Notes: generated from the letters alone by a model not told the origin. 64,000 bases of DNA from Eledone cirrhosa (GCA_964016885.1 OZ024741.1:349060001-349124000); one strand, 5' to 3'. Positions 40,278 through 55,918 are shown, counted from the stretch's first letter. Translations and numbers: made by a program.

Positions 40278-43200
40278 CTACAGGCTTATGTAAAGAGAGG
40301 GCCCATTCACACGGGCCATTCTCGCCACTTTCACCCACCTTTCATAAAAACGACTGGGGTGCAGCACCTCTCTCTCCATCCTGATCCTTCTTCCGAAATG
40401 ATATCGGAAGAAACGGACCAGTTGTTGGCCAGAGAGAAAGGTGCCTGACCTCAGTCCTTTCAGACGCGTCCACCATACAACCTCTTTCGCCATGGCTATT
40501 ACGCACAGAAACACCGCCTCTGCTTCATCTTTGAAGGGGGGAGGCGGCTTGATCATTACAATAGACTCGGTTGTCAACCGGATCGGTCCCACCCTTGACA
40601 GCAGTTGTTCGACATAGCCCCACAGATCGGCTACACCCGAGCAGTGTACCAATGCGTGTGCAACGGTTTCCTCGTCGCACACGCATCTGTGACAGATCTT
40701 TTTGGCGGGGTCCCTACCCGGGCGCCCGTGTCTGTAGAGCCTTTCTCGAACGGGTAAAGCTCCTCGGTAGCACTGCCAGGCCAGGGACTTCTGGAAGTTG
40801 TCCATAGGTCCCGGGCTGAATGTCCTACCGAACAGGCCGGCCAGTTCGTCCTCCTCCATGTCTAGGGCTTCTCCGAGGGCGTCGTCGCACCTGCTGCGTA
40901 CCAGCCCTCTATAGAATGTTGCGGTGGAGTCTCCACTGATAACCGGATCCGCCTGCCAGAGGGCGGTGAGCGCCTGGGCACACTCAGTGTGCCAGGCGCC
41001 CAGTTTTCTCGGTCTTTGCTTGACCCAGGATTGCAGCTCGGTGAGTGAGACGAGTCTGGGAAAGGTTCGTCTCACAAACGAGGCCCACACCGGTTGTCCG
41101 GTGAGGAATACGTAGAGGTGCCGTAGCCTTAATGCGTGTTTACGCATCATTAGCCACGGCATCCCCAGCCCTCCTTTCGAAGGGTGTTGACAGCAGATGG
41201 ATCTCCTCACCATAGGAGCCCGCCTCTTCCAAAGGAATTGGAAGAGCGCGCGCTCCATCTTGGTGAGGGTTTCCCTTGGGCAGGGCACTACGGTCAGGCG
41301 GTAGTAGATGACGGAGGCTATGTAGGTGTTCGCCACCTCCGCCCGACCTTTCAGGGATAGTTTGCAACTGGCCCACTTCTGGGTCAGTGCAAACACCCTG
41401 TTCGTAACCTCCGCCCAGTTTTTCTCCACCTGGAGGTCCGGTCCGAACCAGACCCCGAGCAACTTCACCGGGCCCTCCGTCCAGCGTCCGACGACGCCAT
41501 CGGAGGGCATCGGTCTGCCCCTCCACGTGCCGAGTTGCAAACCGATCGACTTGTCCCGGTTCAGCTTAGCCCCTGTGAACTTTTCGTACTCCTCCAGTAA
41601 GGTGCCGACCGCCTCGATTTCGGAGGCCGTCGACACCATTACTGTCACGTCATCGGCGTAGGCCGACACCGCTTTCCGCAATCCCGGTTCCAAAGGGATG
41701 CCCTGCAACAACTCTAACTTCCGCAGTAGTGGATCGAGAGTCAACACATACAGAAGGGAGGAGAGAGGGCACCCTTGTCGGATGGACCGCGCGATTTTGA
41801 ACGGCTCCGAGAGGTAGCCGTTCACCTTGACCCTAGAGCAGATGCGGCTGCTGTGCATAGCAGTGATCCAGCCCCTGAAAACGGGTCCGAAGCCTGCCGC
41901 CGCTAGCACCGCATCCAGGTAACCATGGTCGACCCTATCGAACGCCTTAGATTGATCCAAGTTGATCAGAGCCCCACCAAAGCCGGGTTCGTTCCCAACC
42001 CTCTCTATGATGTATCGCATGAGGTGGAGGTTGTCATGGATGGACCTGGACGGGATAGCGCATGTCTGCGCATCTCCCACCAGGTTGCCCACGACAAGCG
42101 CCAACCTCTTTGCTAGCACCTTGGCCGAAATCTGTAACTCTGTATTTAGCAGAGTTATGGGCCTGAAGTTACTTATTTCGTCCCCCTTGTTCTCGTCCTT
42201 CCTCACTAGCGTGACTACGCCCTTGGTCACAGTACAGGGAATTCTCCCGTTCTGTTGCCAGTTGCAGTAGACCGCCTCGAGGAGATTGGGGAACAAGTCC
42301 GGCATAGCTAGATATAATTCGTAAGGAAGACCATCGAGACCCGGGGATTTGCGTTTGCCGCATTGGCTCAGCACGTCCTCTATCTCAGCGGCCGAAATCG
42401 GCTCCTCGCAGGACTTCGCCTCCCTGTCCGAGAGGCGCGGCAGGCCGTCGAGGTATGGACCAAAGTCCACGTTCCCAACCGGCTCCCCGCCCCTCCCGAA
42501 CAGTCGGGCAAAGTGCCTTTGAAAGGCCTCACACATCTGCTTAGGCTCAAGAATCGCCCGTCCATCCAGGTCTCGCAAAGACCGGATGGTGGATTTAGTT
42601 CCACTGTTGGCCTCTGTCACGCGGGCCCAGCTAACAGCTTTGGTCCCCTTGTTCACTAGAGCACGTATTTTACTTCGGACAACGCAGCCTTCGTGCTTCG
42701 CGTCGAAAAACTGGCTCAAAGCCGTTCTCGACGCTAGCACTCTGGCCACGTCGCCGCTTCTAATTGCCTCTTCTACTCTATCTATTAGCTCCCTTTCCTT
42801 CCTATTCCTATCCGCAGCTAGAACCTTACTAAATTCTATCGAGACTACTCTAATCTCTCTCTTTAGAGATACCCACCACCTGCTGTTGACGATCGCTCCA
42901 GTCAACCGTTCCTTAACTAACGTACTAATCCGATTCCTGTAGGCTCTACTTGCCGGCAAGGACAAGTTGAGCTTCCAGTAACCGGGGCCCTGTCTATGAG
43001 TTCTGTCAAGGTTGACCATGCAGGTCACTAATTTGTGGTCTGAATAGCCAACCATGCGCATTTTTGGACAACTTAAAAAGTCCTTATCCTTAATTCTAAC
43101 TAAGAACCTATCTAGGTACGACCTAGATGATCCGCTAGATGATTTGCCCAAGTCCAGGTTGGCGCAGTCGGAAAATCTAGTCGATATCTATCGGCCAGGT

Positions 43201-43718
43201 CAAATCGACCGATTAACCCTTTGAGGCTATTACACCCCTCTCTATCGGGGCAGGCCCCTACGTAGTCCCAGCGTGCATCTAGGATACCATTCCAGTCCCC
43301 CACTAATAGCAAGGAGCGAGACGTCCCTAGAAAAGTCTCCAGACGATGGAAGAAGTCCGGCCGCATTGACCCGAAAGGGCCGTAGGCGGCTACCAACCTA
43401 AACGCTCCGCCTTTACCACTGCCAAGGTCCAGAACCACTAGTCGACCCTCCGGGTCCAAATGTACCATCTGTGTTGCGAGACCCAGATGTTTTTGCAGCA
43501 GAACGACAACTCCACCCCCACCTCCGGGCTGACAGAGAGATGCGTGCATCTCAAAATCATCAAAGGTGGGGGCCAGCTGTCGCACGTTGCTGATCCGGGC
43601 CTCGCAAATAACCATCACATCTATACGTTGTGACCTGAGGTCATTTAGAAGCATTGCTTGCTTCCAAGTTGAGCCCAGGCCACGCGCATTTAAACAGCCT
43701 ATTCTTAGCATAGCCATG
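40278..43718 (-). pseudogene. Tx1-like ORF2: APE endonuclease + reverse transcriptase + zinc-binding C-terminus, one frameshift near 43145
   Basis: IGCLNARGL, ICE, GRLVVL, YGP, VGDWN, WTW / SYLDRFLV, SDH, GYWKLN, KSPGLDGLPYE, NFRPITLLN, LDQSKAFDRVDH, RQGCPLS, AYADD, CHRC..DEETVAHALVHC. Confidence 0.95.
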
Positions 43719-43741
43719 TTGGTGGTGAAGAGAAAAGGCAC

Positions 43742-45490
43742 TTACCTCTCTGCGTCCCGGGTATCGGGCTGCACAATTTCCATTAGGGTGGGGGATGGAT
43801 TGTTGGGTGGGGTGGTGGTTTGTGGAAGTGTGGGGGCATCAGTGTGTTGTGTGGTTGGGGAGCTTGGAGTTGTGTGGGTGTTTGGGGAGGGGGTGGGATA
43901 GTTTTTTAGGAGGACGCGGTTAATGGGCCCGACGCAGGGGGGACCCACGTCCTCTTTAAAATTGTTTTTTAAAGTTTTATAGGTGTCCTGTGGGGCCTTA
44001 ATCATTTTGAGGTGGGGGAAATCCCCTGCCTGGGTGAAGTTAGGCCCTTGTGTTTTTATTAGATTGTTGTTGTACACAATGTTTAACAGTTTTTTGTTTC
44101 TTGTATTTATGTATGTGTATGCATGTTTTTGTTTTTGTGTGGTGTTTTTTGTTTGCTGTTGTTGTGAGCTCTTTTGTGTTGGTGTCAGTGTTATGTTTTG
44201 GGGAGGGTTTTTTTTCATTTGTGTGTCTGAGGTGTGTTTTCTTTTTTTTTCTTTTGATTGTGTGGAAGTGCTCCTCCTCGTCTGACGACGAACTAGGGTC
44301 ATCTTCCGCGTTGGATGGGAGGGGTATATTTTCGGGTTGTGTTTGCGGTACGGGTGTTTTGGAAATTGTTTTTGTTTTTTGAGTGGAGGGGATGGGTTGG
44401 ACATTGTTTTGTTTTGGTTTGAGCTGTGGTGGTTGTTTTTGTAGTGGTAGTTGTGGTGATTGTGTTGGTTGTGCAGTTGTTGGTGGTGTAGGCAGGATTG
44501 GGGTTTTCTTATTAAGTTGGGGACAGACAGCCCTCAGGTGACCTCTGGTTCCGCAGAGGTAACACGAGGGCCGTCTACCCTCAACGGTAATGTTGATGAA
44601 GGTTAGATCATCCAGTATGACGCGTTCAGGGATCTGGGCGATCCTTTCGGGCCTCATTTGAACTACAAGTTCGAGGCTCGTTCCACTGAACGCGTCACCC
44701 GATGCCTTTCCCATGGACACCAGCATGTCATCCTCCAGGTCCAGAAAACCTGTCAAAACCCACCATATGTCCATAATCGGCAGGATGGTGTGGATTTTTA
44801 TTTTTTGTGTTCTTCTACCCATGTACGTAGGGTAGAAGGTGTATGCGGTGGATGTGATTGGTTTGATGGACAGTTTCACTGCTGTGTCCCTGTCCTTCAT
44901 GAGAATGGATAGACTCCCGTAGAGTCTATCTTTCTGAATGAAGGTGATGTCCTTCATGACGTCTTTTAACTCCAGCTCTATCTCGCTCTGTGATGGTTGA
45001 GCTGGTTTTTTACTTTTGTTCGAGATTGTCCTAAACATGACCGTGTTTAGGAGTCTCTGGCTTTTTAGTTCCGGGGGGAATGGATTGTGAATGAACCATT
45101 TTCTCCGTACACTATATATTTTTTCGCATCCGCCAGTAGCTCCTTCGCTTTTGTTATATCTACTGGCAGATAGTCGATGGTTTTCCTTGTCGTCTCGGCG
45201 AAGGAGAAATTTTGTTTGTTTGTGTTGTTGTTGTCGTTGGTGGTGTTGTTGTTATCATTGTTGTTGTTGTCACCGTTATTGGTCTTGTTGTTGTTGTTAT
45301 TGTTATTGTTATTGGTGTTGTTTTCGTCCGTCGCATTGTTGTTGTTGTTGCTGTTGCTGCTGGTTCTTTGGGTTGTTGCCATGGCAACGTCAAGTTGTCG
45401 GTTAACAGGTGGAGAGAATTCTTCCTCTGGCTGACCTTTCTTCTTGACCTCTGCTACTGTGACAGTGGCAGGGGGAAGCTGTAAGTTCAT
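43742..45490 (-). pseudogene. Tx1-like ORF1 (gag-like, CYLCGTRGHLRAVC zinc knuckle), split by frameshifts
   Basis: ORFs 45065..45490, 44040..45038 and 43742..44404 overlap or abut in different frames. CX2CX4HX4C motif present. Confidence 0.8.
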
Positions 45491-45755
45491 CTACCCCTTT
45501 CCTCCTTCGAATTTTGGTGAAGAAGCTTCGGCCATTTAAAAAAATATTGACTTTTCAACAAGAAAAAACTTTTTTTTGTTTTTGTTTAACTATTTCGCCT
45601 AAAGGCGTAGAATATTTTGAGAGACTGACCAGATCAAAGTTTGACCTGGCAGTCCCTCTACAAAATGGTACAAAAATTAAAGTTATCAGACAAGAATTTC
45701 TATAGAAATTTAAACAGAACTTACTCAGGAAGTTATACGCGTGTGTCCATCCCAG

Positions 45756-45790
<35 letters not shown>

Positions 45791-45791
<1 letters not shown>

Positions 45792-46335
45792 TTCTTTATT
45801 TACCATAAAGGCATAAAAAGAAGGGACAAATACAAAGGGGGAGTTTACATATAATCGAGTAAAAAGGGTGTAACATGAAAATAATCGAAAATAACCTCAA
45901 AAGGGAGGGGACGTGATGGGGGTTGCACACACCCCCGAAAAAGTGTGCAATCCTTTGCCCGGGGAGCACATGGAGAAGGTGCTCCCCTCTCCTTTACTTC
46001 TTTACCTACAGGATGGTATACAGAGAAGGCCCATTTACACGAGCCATTCTCGCCACTATCACCCACCTTTCATAAAACTGCCTGTGGCCAAGCACCTCTC
46101 TCTCCATTCTTATCCTTCTTCCGAAGTGATATCGGAAGAAGTAGACCAGACTATGGCCAGAGAGGAAGTTGCCTGACCTCAGACCTTTCAATCGTGTCCA
46201 CCAAACAACCTCTTTCAACATGGCTATTACGCACAGAAAAACCGCCTTTGCTTCCTTTGTGAAGAGGGGAGGCGGTTTGATTGTCATCACGGACTCGGCG
46301 GTCAATTTAATCGGCGCCACCCGCGACAGCAGTTT
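45791..46335 (-). mobile_element. 5'-truncated Tx1-like copy in (GATA)n
   Basis: LLSRVAPIKLTAESV...EVVWWTRLKGL...ARMARVNGPSL, with (GATA)n on both sides. Confidence 0.92.
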
Positions 46336-46366
<31 letters not shown>

Positions 46367-46367
<1 letters not shown>

Positions 46368-46910
46368 ATTTCTTTATTAGCCACAAGGGTACAAAAGAAG
46401 GGGACAAATACAAACGGGGAGTTTACATACAGGTATATGAAAATAAAACTATTAATAAAATAACAAATAACAATTGAAATCCCCAATAGGGGGGAGGCGT
46501 TACACAGGGGTTGTACACACCCCGAAAAAATGTACAACCCTCATCTCCAGGAGCACCAAGAGTGAGTACCCCCTTCCTCTCTTCCTCTTTTTCCTCAACC
46601 TACAGGTTTATAGAGAGAGAAGGCCTAACCACTCGGGCCATCTTTGCCACATTTACCCACCTTTTATAAAATTTGCTGGGGTACAGCAGCTCTCTCTCCA
46701 TCCTGATTGTTCTTCCAAAATGATATTTGAAAAAACGAATCAGTTGCTCACCATAGCCATAACACATTGGAAAACCGCCTCTCCCTCGTTTTTGAAGGAG
46801 GGTGGCGGTTTGATCATAACAATGGACTCGGTGGTCAACTGGATTGGTCCCACCCACGACAATAGTCGTTCTACATAGCCCCACAGGTCGGTAACGCCCG
46901 GGCAGTATAC
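46367..46910 (-). mobile_element. 5'-truncated Tx1-like copy in (GATA)n
   Basis: [16 protein letters not shown]...[14 protein letters not shown] / [12 protein letters not shown]...AKMARV, with (GATA)n on both sides. Confidence 0.92.
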
Positions 46911-46947
<37 letters not shown>

Positions 46948-46962
46948 TATATATAGAGAGAG

Positions 46963-47028
<66 letters not shown>

Positions 47029-47097
47029 GCAGGTAGGTAGATAGGTAGATAGGTAAATAGATATATCGTCGATAGATAGGTAGATAGATAAATAGTT

Positions 47098-47144
<47 letters not shown>

Positions 47145-47162
47145 GAAACGGAGAGAGAGAGG

Positions 47163-47197
<35 letters not shown>

Positions 47198-47399
47198 GAA
47201 GAGAGAGAAGGAAACAAACCTCAAAACAGAAAATAACAAACTGTAACATTATATTGATAATTATATCTAGTGTAAGGACGTTATTAGTAGAGCGTCGGAC
47301 AACATACCTTGTGGTATTTAGTTACGGCCCTTTACATTATCAGTCCAATTTCCGCTGAGGTTAGCTTTGTCTTTCCACATTATGATGTCGCTGAACACG

Positions 47400-47805
47400 A
47401 TGGGTAGCCTCATAGCTCGTCATTTCCGTCCCCAGGCCACACCTCCCTACATGTCTCAGTCATTAGTATCCTTTTACATAACAGATCAGTGGCCTCGTGC
47501 ACTACGATTGAGCAGAGCCTGATGTTTTGCCTTGGGTCCAGTTTCCCTAATAGACTCAACTCCTCTCCCCAATATTTTTAATCTTGCACACATACGCTCG
47601 CCCTCACCTCTATACCTCTAGCCAATGGCACATCTACCTTGTCCGCTGTCAAACATGCGCGCGTACATTCGCCCACTAGGTTCCTGTGGTTCTGTTAAGG
47701 TCAGAAAAACACACTCTAATAGTTTATACAGACCAACAAAAGACACACATTCACACCTCTACACTAACTTCACAGCCCTGTACGGACCAAGAACTTACCC
47801 CCCCC

Positions 47806-47884
<79 letters not shown>

Positions 47885-48390
47885 TGATATACACACATAT
47901 ATCCTCACAGCATCGTACTTGCAACCACACACACTCTCTTTCTCTGTCTCTCTCTTAAATTTACATATACACACATATATATCCACTTAGTTTCCTTCGG
48001 ATGAATAACAAACACACATACACGCACACGGACATGCGCATGTATACGCTCTATATACGAAACGATATTTTCCTTTTCAGCTACACGCGTTAGATCACCG
48101 TGTTTTAAAACAAGATGAACTTGAACAACAACGCCAGCATCAACAGGTTTTTAAGAGATGGTGACTTGAATAGATCTGTTTTTTATCAAGAATTTTATTT
48201 TTGTTTCTGCCACTGCTCTGTCGCCTCTATCTTACTATCACTTCTTTCATTTCTCATTCTATTTTCTGATGAAAAACTAGCGTCCGATATTTTAAGATTC
48301 TTTCCTATTATATCAAGGGTGAGACTAATAATATATTTCTTCATTGTACTGTGTCGTTTACTTTGTTATTTCTATTTGCTTTTTACATAT
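47400..48390 (+). mobile_element. Poseidon-like PLE 3' end (GIY-YIG C-terminus, UTR, decayed HHR at 48263-48298)
   Basis: IARHFRP.GHTSLHVSVISIL...EQSLMFCLGSSFPNRLN, and ctgatgaaaaactagcgtccgatattttaaga homologous to the HHR at 20636-20671. Confidence 0.65.
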
Positions 48391-48403
48391 ATGTATATAT
48401 ATA

Positions 48404-48488
<85 letters not shown>

Positions 48489-48506
48489 TGTATATATATA
48501 TATACA

Positions 48507-48564
<58 letters not shown>

Positions 48565-49559
48565 TGTGAGTGAGTGTGTGTATTATGTATGTATATATAT
48601 ATTTAGATAGGTAGATATATATATATATGTGTGTGTGTAGTACCGTCAAACAGCTGCCATTTTGTTATTAGCTTATCGCGTCTAATATATATTCCCTACG
48701 GACAATAACCTATAGCAGTTGTAGTCAAAGTGGGGAGATCTTATGTAAATGCATTCGTATTTCCGTTCTTTTACATTTTCTTCATTTCTCTTTTCATCTC
48801 ATCAGACATATACGTGTCTTCTATTTCATCATCCCTGAGGAGGAGTGCGTTACAGCATTACAGTAGATTCGCTTCATTCTATGTAACACAAAAATAACAA
48901 CAAATAATATAAAGAATACACCAACAATAAAAGCAACTAACATAATCCAAAATAAATAATATTTTTGAAAAATCAACATACAAAGTACAAACAATCAACC
49001 TATAAACAAACATGCCTTTTCTCTCACTACAACCCTCCATATATATCAGAACATAAGAATGTACTGTTTTCTTCTGTGTAAGAGATGGTTTCTTTTCATC
49101 TGGAATATTCTTGAAACATTCGTTTTTCTGACAGTAAACACGGAGATATATACATATAATACACACACACACTTGCATATACACAAACACAAGTATATAT
49201 ATGCATGTGTGTGTATGTGTGTATATGTGCACAGGCATGGCCTTGTAGTTAAAGAACATGCCTCATAACCACGGGGTTCTCGCAACTTGGCAAATATCTA
49301 CTACCATAGTCAGAATTTGATTTATGTCTTTTCAGTAGAATTTATTATAATAGGGCTCAAAATTTGTCTTCATACTTCATATGCTAACCTTGTGAAACAA
49401 CATTTGGTCAACATTTTAAAGAATACCTTATTGGGAATTGGAAATACTTTCTCGGTGCCTGCTTATGTTTTGGAACAAACCAAAAGGCGAAGACATGTAC
49501 AAGTTTTGAACTTATTCATAAAAGTATGTAACATCAGAATTACAACAGACATTTTTTTC

Positions 49560-49654
<95 letters not shown>

Positions 49655-50797
49655 AATATTTGAACTTGCGCAATGAAAGATAAATATGCACAATACTATT
49701 GTATCCAAGACTACGAAACTTCATCTTGCTGAACATTCAACTTAAACAGAGAAAATATCACTTGAATGAAATAGATGACGGAATTAAAAAGACAAAGGGA
49801 CTCCAAGACAAAAAGGTGTTACTATTCTATTTATCAAAACTTATCAACCAAGAGTCCCAAATATATCACAAATAACGCAACCCTGACAATTCTGTTCAAA
49901 AGAACTAAAATAAAAATATCTAGTAAAAGAACCTTCAAACATCAAAAACAAACGCCAAACAAAAAATACACCTCACAATGACAAAATTTACACCAAAAAT
50001 AATTTCAAATTTTCCTTGAAAACATGTAGAGATAGCTACTGTTTGACATACACAAGCTACGTCTGTAACTACTTGCAAGCTTGTTTCCGAGATAAAATTT
50101 GAAAAAAGGACAGTCCTTTAAAATAAATGCAGAATTGAAATGCAAAATAGAAAATGTGATATATGTTATAGTAATATAAACCTGTACACCCCCGCGTAAC
50201 TAAAAGTGGACTAGCCGAAATGTCTATGAATAATAATTGAAGTGAACTGTCAGGACTCTCGTTGTAGACATCTCCCTGGTAGTTAGAAATTACGCCTGGT
50301 GAATACTTTGGTTTTACCTTCGTTCGTACAGATATACTAACAAGTGCAACACCCGATTGTAACAATATATTATCTAGGCCAAACCTATATATATTGCAAA
50401 TCCAATATTGGTAGTTAAATAATAAAAGAATAAGAAAAAAAAAGATGTGGCTTAAATTAATCCTTTGTTTTACAATCGTTTCAGATAGCAAAAGTATCGA
50501 TATACAGATTAATTGATGCCAAATGTGTCATTCCATATCAACTACCAGGAAAAAGAAAGCCTATCTCGGTGTGAGTACAAACTAACGAAAAGAGCTCTCA
50601 TCACATAATGTGGAAATTCAGTATGTGTATAACCAATTTGACTTAACTCCACGCAATTCTAGTTTGCGAGAGTCTCCGAGAGCACATTTACTACTTTGGT
50701 GATTCACTGAAAAAAAGAACAGTTGTTTACTAGGTTCTTACATCATAGATATAGGAATTTTAAGCCGATTATATATATATGTATATATATGTGTGTT

Positions 50798-50877
<80 letters not shown>

Positions 50878-51560
50878 AGAATAATCAAATCTATGTTTAC
50901 TACATTTTATTGCTCGCAATCGTTTCTTCCAAACAGCCGTTTGGTATCATCGGAGCATTGCCAAAGTTTAAACACATAATTAAATTCCTGTTCAACAGAA
51001 CAATCATAAAGATACGTTGATATTATCGTTGCTATCAACAGTGCCATATTCAAAGAGAGTGAGATGTTGTGGTCTAAAGCAATGGGTATAAAGCGTATAA
51101 AAGAAGGTTACTCACAAATGAGGACATTAGTGGTACATAGGCATATAGACAGTAAGAATGCAGAAGTATTAAGCTTATACAGAATAATATGGTAAAGAAA
51201 GCAAAGGTATTAAGCATATACAGCATAATATGGCAAAGATATCACAAAATATAGGTGTAATAGGATGAAGATATTAAGCAGTCAATATATACACACACAC
51301 ACGCACACATATAAATATATATATATATATACATAGTTAAAACTATGAATATAGTTCGATGTCATATATCAAGTAAAATACAGAGCTTTTTATCTGCTCC
51401 TCATTTGTCATGTACTCCTATTTTTTACATGTATTCCGAATCACTTGCTTGGTTACCTTGTATGAATATTTATGCTTGCTCTTAACTAACCTCTCATAAT
51501 ATGTATCTTCCAAATGTTTCTGGAGCAAATTTTAGATCCTATATTTGTATTTAACTCTTG

Positions 51561-51615
51561 TAATAACTCTGAAGACATCTGCTTTGTGCTATGATGAAAC
51601 GGTCGTTAGTTATTA
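51561..51615 (+). ncRNA. Minimal type I hammerhead ribozyme
   Basis: taataact CTGAAGA c atc tgctttgtgctat gat GAAA C-GGTC-G TT agttatta, with an 8-bp stem I. Confidence 0.7.
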
Positions 51616-51660
51616 AATGTTTAAAAGATTAACTAATCTTTGATGAATATTTACATTGTG

Positions 51661-51700
<40 letters not shown>

Positions 51701-52696
51701 CGTGTATGTATGTAGAGAGAGATTGTGTATGTTTTGTGTATGTAAGCATATATGAATGCTTCTATGTACGTATGTATGTATGTATGTATGTATGTAAGTA
51801 TGTATGTATGTAAGTATGTATGTATGTAAGTATGTATGTGTGTATGTATGTCAGTATGTATGTATGTAAGTATGTGAGTATGTATGTAAGTATGTATGTA
51901 TGTAAGTATGTATATATGTATGTATGCATGCCTGTATGTATATAAGTATAACTTGTTTAATTTCCAGCTCTCAATTGAACCTCATTGATATATAATTACT
52001 GGGTTCAGAGAAAATCTGCTATTTTGAAAAACTGCCCAGCGGATATCCGGTTTAAATTTACTTGACCCTTCCTTACAGAACCAATATACAACAAACATAC
52101 GCAATCTCTCTCTCTCCCTCCCTCTCTCTCTCTTTCTCTCTCTCTCTCTTTCTCTCACCCTCAATCTCACTCTTTTAATCTCACTTCCTCTTTCACCATT
52201 TATATGTTTCTATATCCTATATCTTTATAACTACCATATTGTAAACTTCAGTCTTATAATCATCAACACTATAATCACCATCGTCATGGTTGTTGGTATA
52301 ATCAACAATGATCATCCCCATAATGACCATCATCATCATCACCATCATCATCATCATTATAATTTTCCTCGTTGTGATCATCATCACCATTATGATCATC
52401 ATCACCTTACACTTCATCCTCCTCATCATCATCATCTTAGACGTCATCCTCATCCTCATTATCATCACTATCCACATCATACTGGATTAATTACATAAAC
52501 TTCGTGTCTTCCTGCTTATACTAAACCAATTATCTAATAGACAAGATTATATTCTTCCTAACAAAGAGAAACACGTTAACAACAGCACGGACGAAATTAT
52601 CAAAAACATCAGCTTAAACATAAATAGCTACATCACATCCATTAGAATCAACTTAACTATCAAGCATCATTAATAACTCTAAATATGCATACGTAT

Positions 52697-52772
<76 letters not shown>

Positions 52773-53389
52773 ATAATAAGGGTTGACGGACCCAGCATAT
52801 TTATCAATGCCAGTACCGGTTGTATCATAGCGCACTCCATGGGCAATGTAAGATACATTCTCAGAGTATGCACAAAGTTATTTGCTTCAACACAACACAC
52901 GTAAAACGGGTGCCTATAAGGTTCTCGGACTCGTGTTTCCGCCGCACTAATGCAGCAGTAAGGTGCACTGCACCACTGTCTGCATATGTTATGCAACAAT
53001 GCACAATCGGCTTATGCGGCTTCATATATATATATATATTGTTATGCTTTGGGAGGGTGATGTTGCCAATAAGAAACACACGCACCAGTTGCTTTCACTT
53101 CAATGTATTATAAATTAAATTTCCGGTTGGTTGGTTGGTTCCACAACCAGACGATTGTTCATATATTGCCAAAGTTCTTTCGTCACACATTATGTGACCT
53201 CTTCAGAAACTAAATATATATATATATATATATATATACAGGAAAGATGGGAAATTATAAAATTAAAGAACTAGAGTCTAAAACAAGAAAACCGGGATTA
53301 ATAAAATACATCTAATTCAAACACCGATTGCGTAGGACTTACCTCACCCTCAAACCCCCTCACGACCCGGGTTGGGAGACAATGGCTGT

Positions 53390-53488
<99 letters not shown>

Positions 53489-53503
53489 ATTTATATATAT
53501 ATA

Positions 53504-53555
<52 letters not shown>

Positions 53556-53631
53556 TATATAGAAGTGGTTACACAACTGTCCCATGGACTGAGTGCTCTA
53601 CCACTACGGATATTACCTTCCAGTGTTCCAC

Positions 53632-53720
<89 letters not shown>

Positions 53721-53780
53721 TATATAATAGAAAAAATGGGGAAGTTACATTCACACATGAAAAATATTCATTGTGTATCG

Positions 53781-53872
53781 ACCTGTTACGCGCGTTTCGC
53801 AGAAGATTGCCTCAAGGTGACCCATAGGAGTTATGGACCAGACTCCAGTATCAATCTGCTCCTCAGACTGGT
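53781..53872 (-). ncRNA. Minimal type I hammerhead ribozyme
   Basis: accagt CTGAGGA gcagattg...caatcttctgc GAAA C-GCGC-G TA acaggt, in a 200-bp island between (TA)n tracts. Confidence 0.8.
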
Positions 53873-53943
53873 GATGCGGCGAAAGATATATTTTTGTTGG
53901 TGTATTTGGGACTATTTCACCGTACTACCTACACTATATATAT

Positions 53944-54791
<848 letters not shown>

Positions 54792-55440
54792 TGTGTGTGT
54801 GTGTATACACACCCACACACATATGTACGTATGGGTTATATCAAACATTAATAATACTATTCGATTCGTTTGCAATCAAAACATCAACAACAATCCATCA
54901 ACATCTATATAAACAATAACAAATTCAACAACGACGAAATGCAGTGGAATTGTTTCAGTGGCTAACTCATGTATGTTTCATATTTCACAAAATAAATGAA
55001 GAGGAAATATAATGTTCAGTATATTGATGGGATGGTTCTTCGATGTCATAATTTCTTACATCTCACAAGATGTCACATCATGTGTTTTGCTGAAACACAT
55101 CCGAAAACAGAATGGAATATTTTATCAATAGTCTACCAATATATTTTCAAATGAAGAATAAAAAGATGATAAAAAGAACTTACGATAGAGTGTAATTGTA
55201 ATCGATGATTGTAGATGGATGAGTTACCAATATTAATTCATTCTCAAGAATCTCTACTTGAAAAGGATTGCATTCTACATTTAATCAGTACAAAACTAAC
55301 ATAAAATATAAAACAATAAATCACCAACACGTGTGCATATCATGGAGATACATTCAGTCAATAAAGGCAAAAAAACAACTTCTATCTCTATCTTTTTGTC
55401 TCTCACTCTCTCTCTCTATTTTTCTCCCTCTCTTCCTCAT

Positions 55441-55505
<65 letters not shown>

Positions 55506-55510
<5 letters not shown>

Positions 55511-55701
55511 AAGTATGAATTCCTACGTGTAAAAAATACATATAGGGAAACAAGTATTATCCAACCGTATGCCAATGTGGTTCTATGGCGGGTTAATATA
55601 TTAACAAGCCAGAACATATAAAATCGATAATACATATAAAATTGGATAATACTGGTTTCCCTATATGTATTTTTTACACGTAGGAATTCATACTTTATTA
55701 T
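55506..55701. repeat. Fold-back element, arms about 55506-55564 and 55642-55701
   Basis: ataataaagtatgaattcctacgtgtaaaaaatacatatagggaaac..ttatccaa and its reverse complement. Confidence 0.85.
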
Positions 55702-55918
55702 TATTGATCTCCCCTTAAGGTAGAGATAACATTTTGGCCGTTTGGACTGCTGCTATTTCTAGTGGCAGGACATTGACCTGTCCACCCTGCCTTTTGTCTT
55801 TGCACACGGCACCAGGCAGAATTATTTCTTTCATCATCCGCTCTCATTTGGGAATGGTTTTGTATGGCGTCAGTTTGTGATTTGAACTCGGGAATTTTAT
55901 ATTCTCCGAGGGAGAAGA

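Larger units (their letters stand above)
39978..45755 (-). mobile_element. Near full-length Tx1/L1-clade non-LTR retrotransposon inserted in (GATA)n
   Basis: 5' UTR, ORF1 (CCHC knuckle), ORF2 (APE + RT + C-terminal Cys motif) and a 3' UTR with AATAAA. (GATA)n on both sides. Confidence 0.95.
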
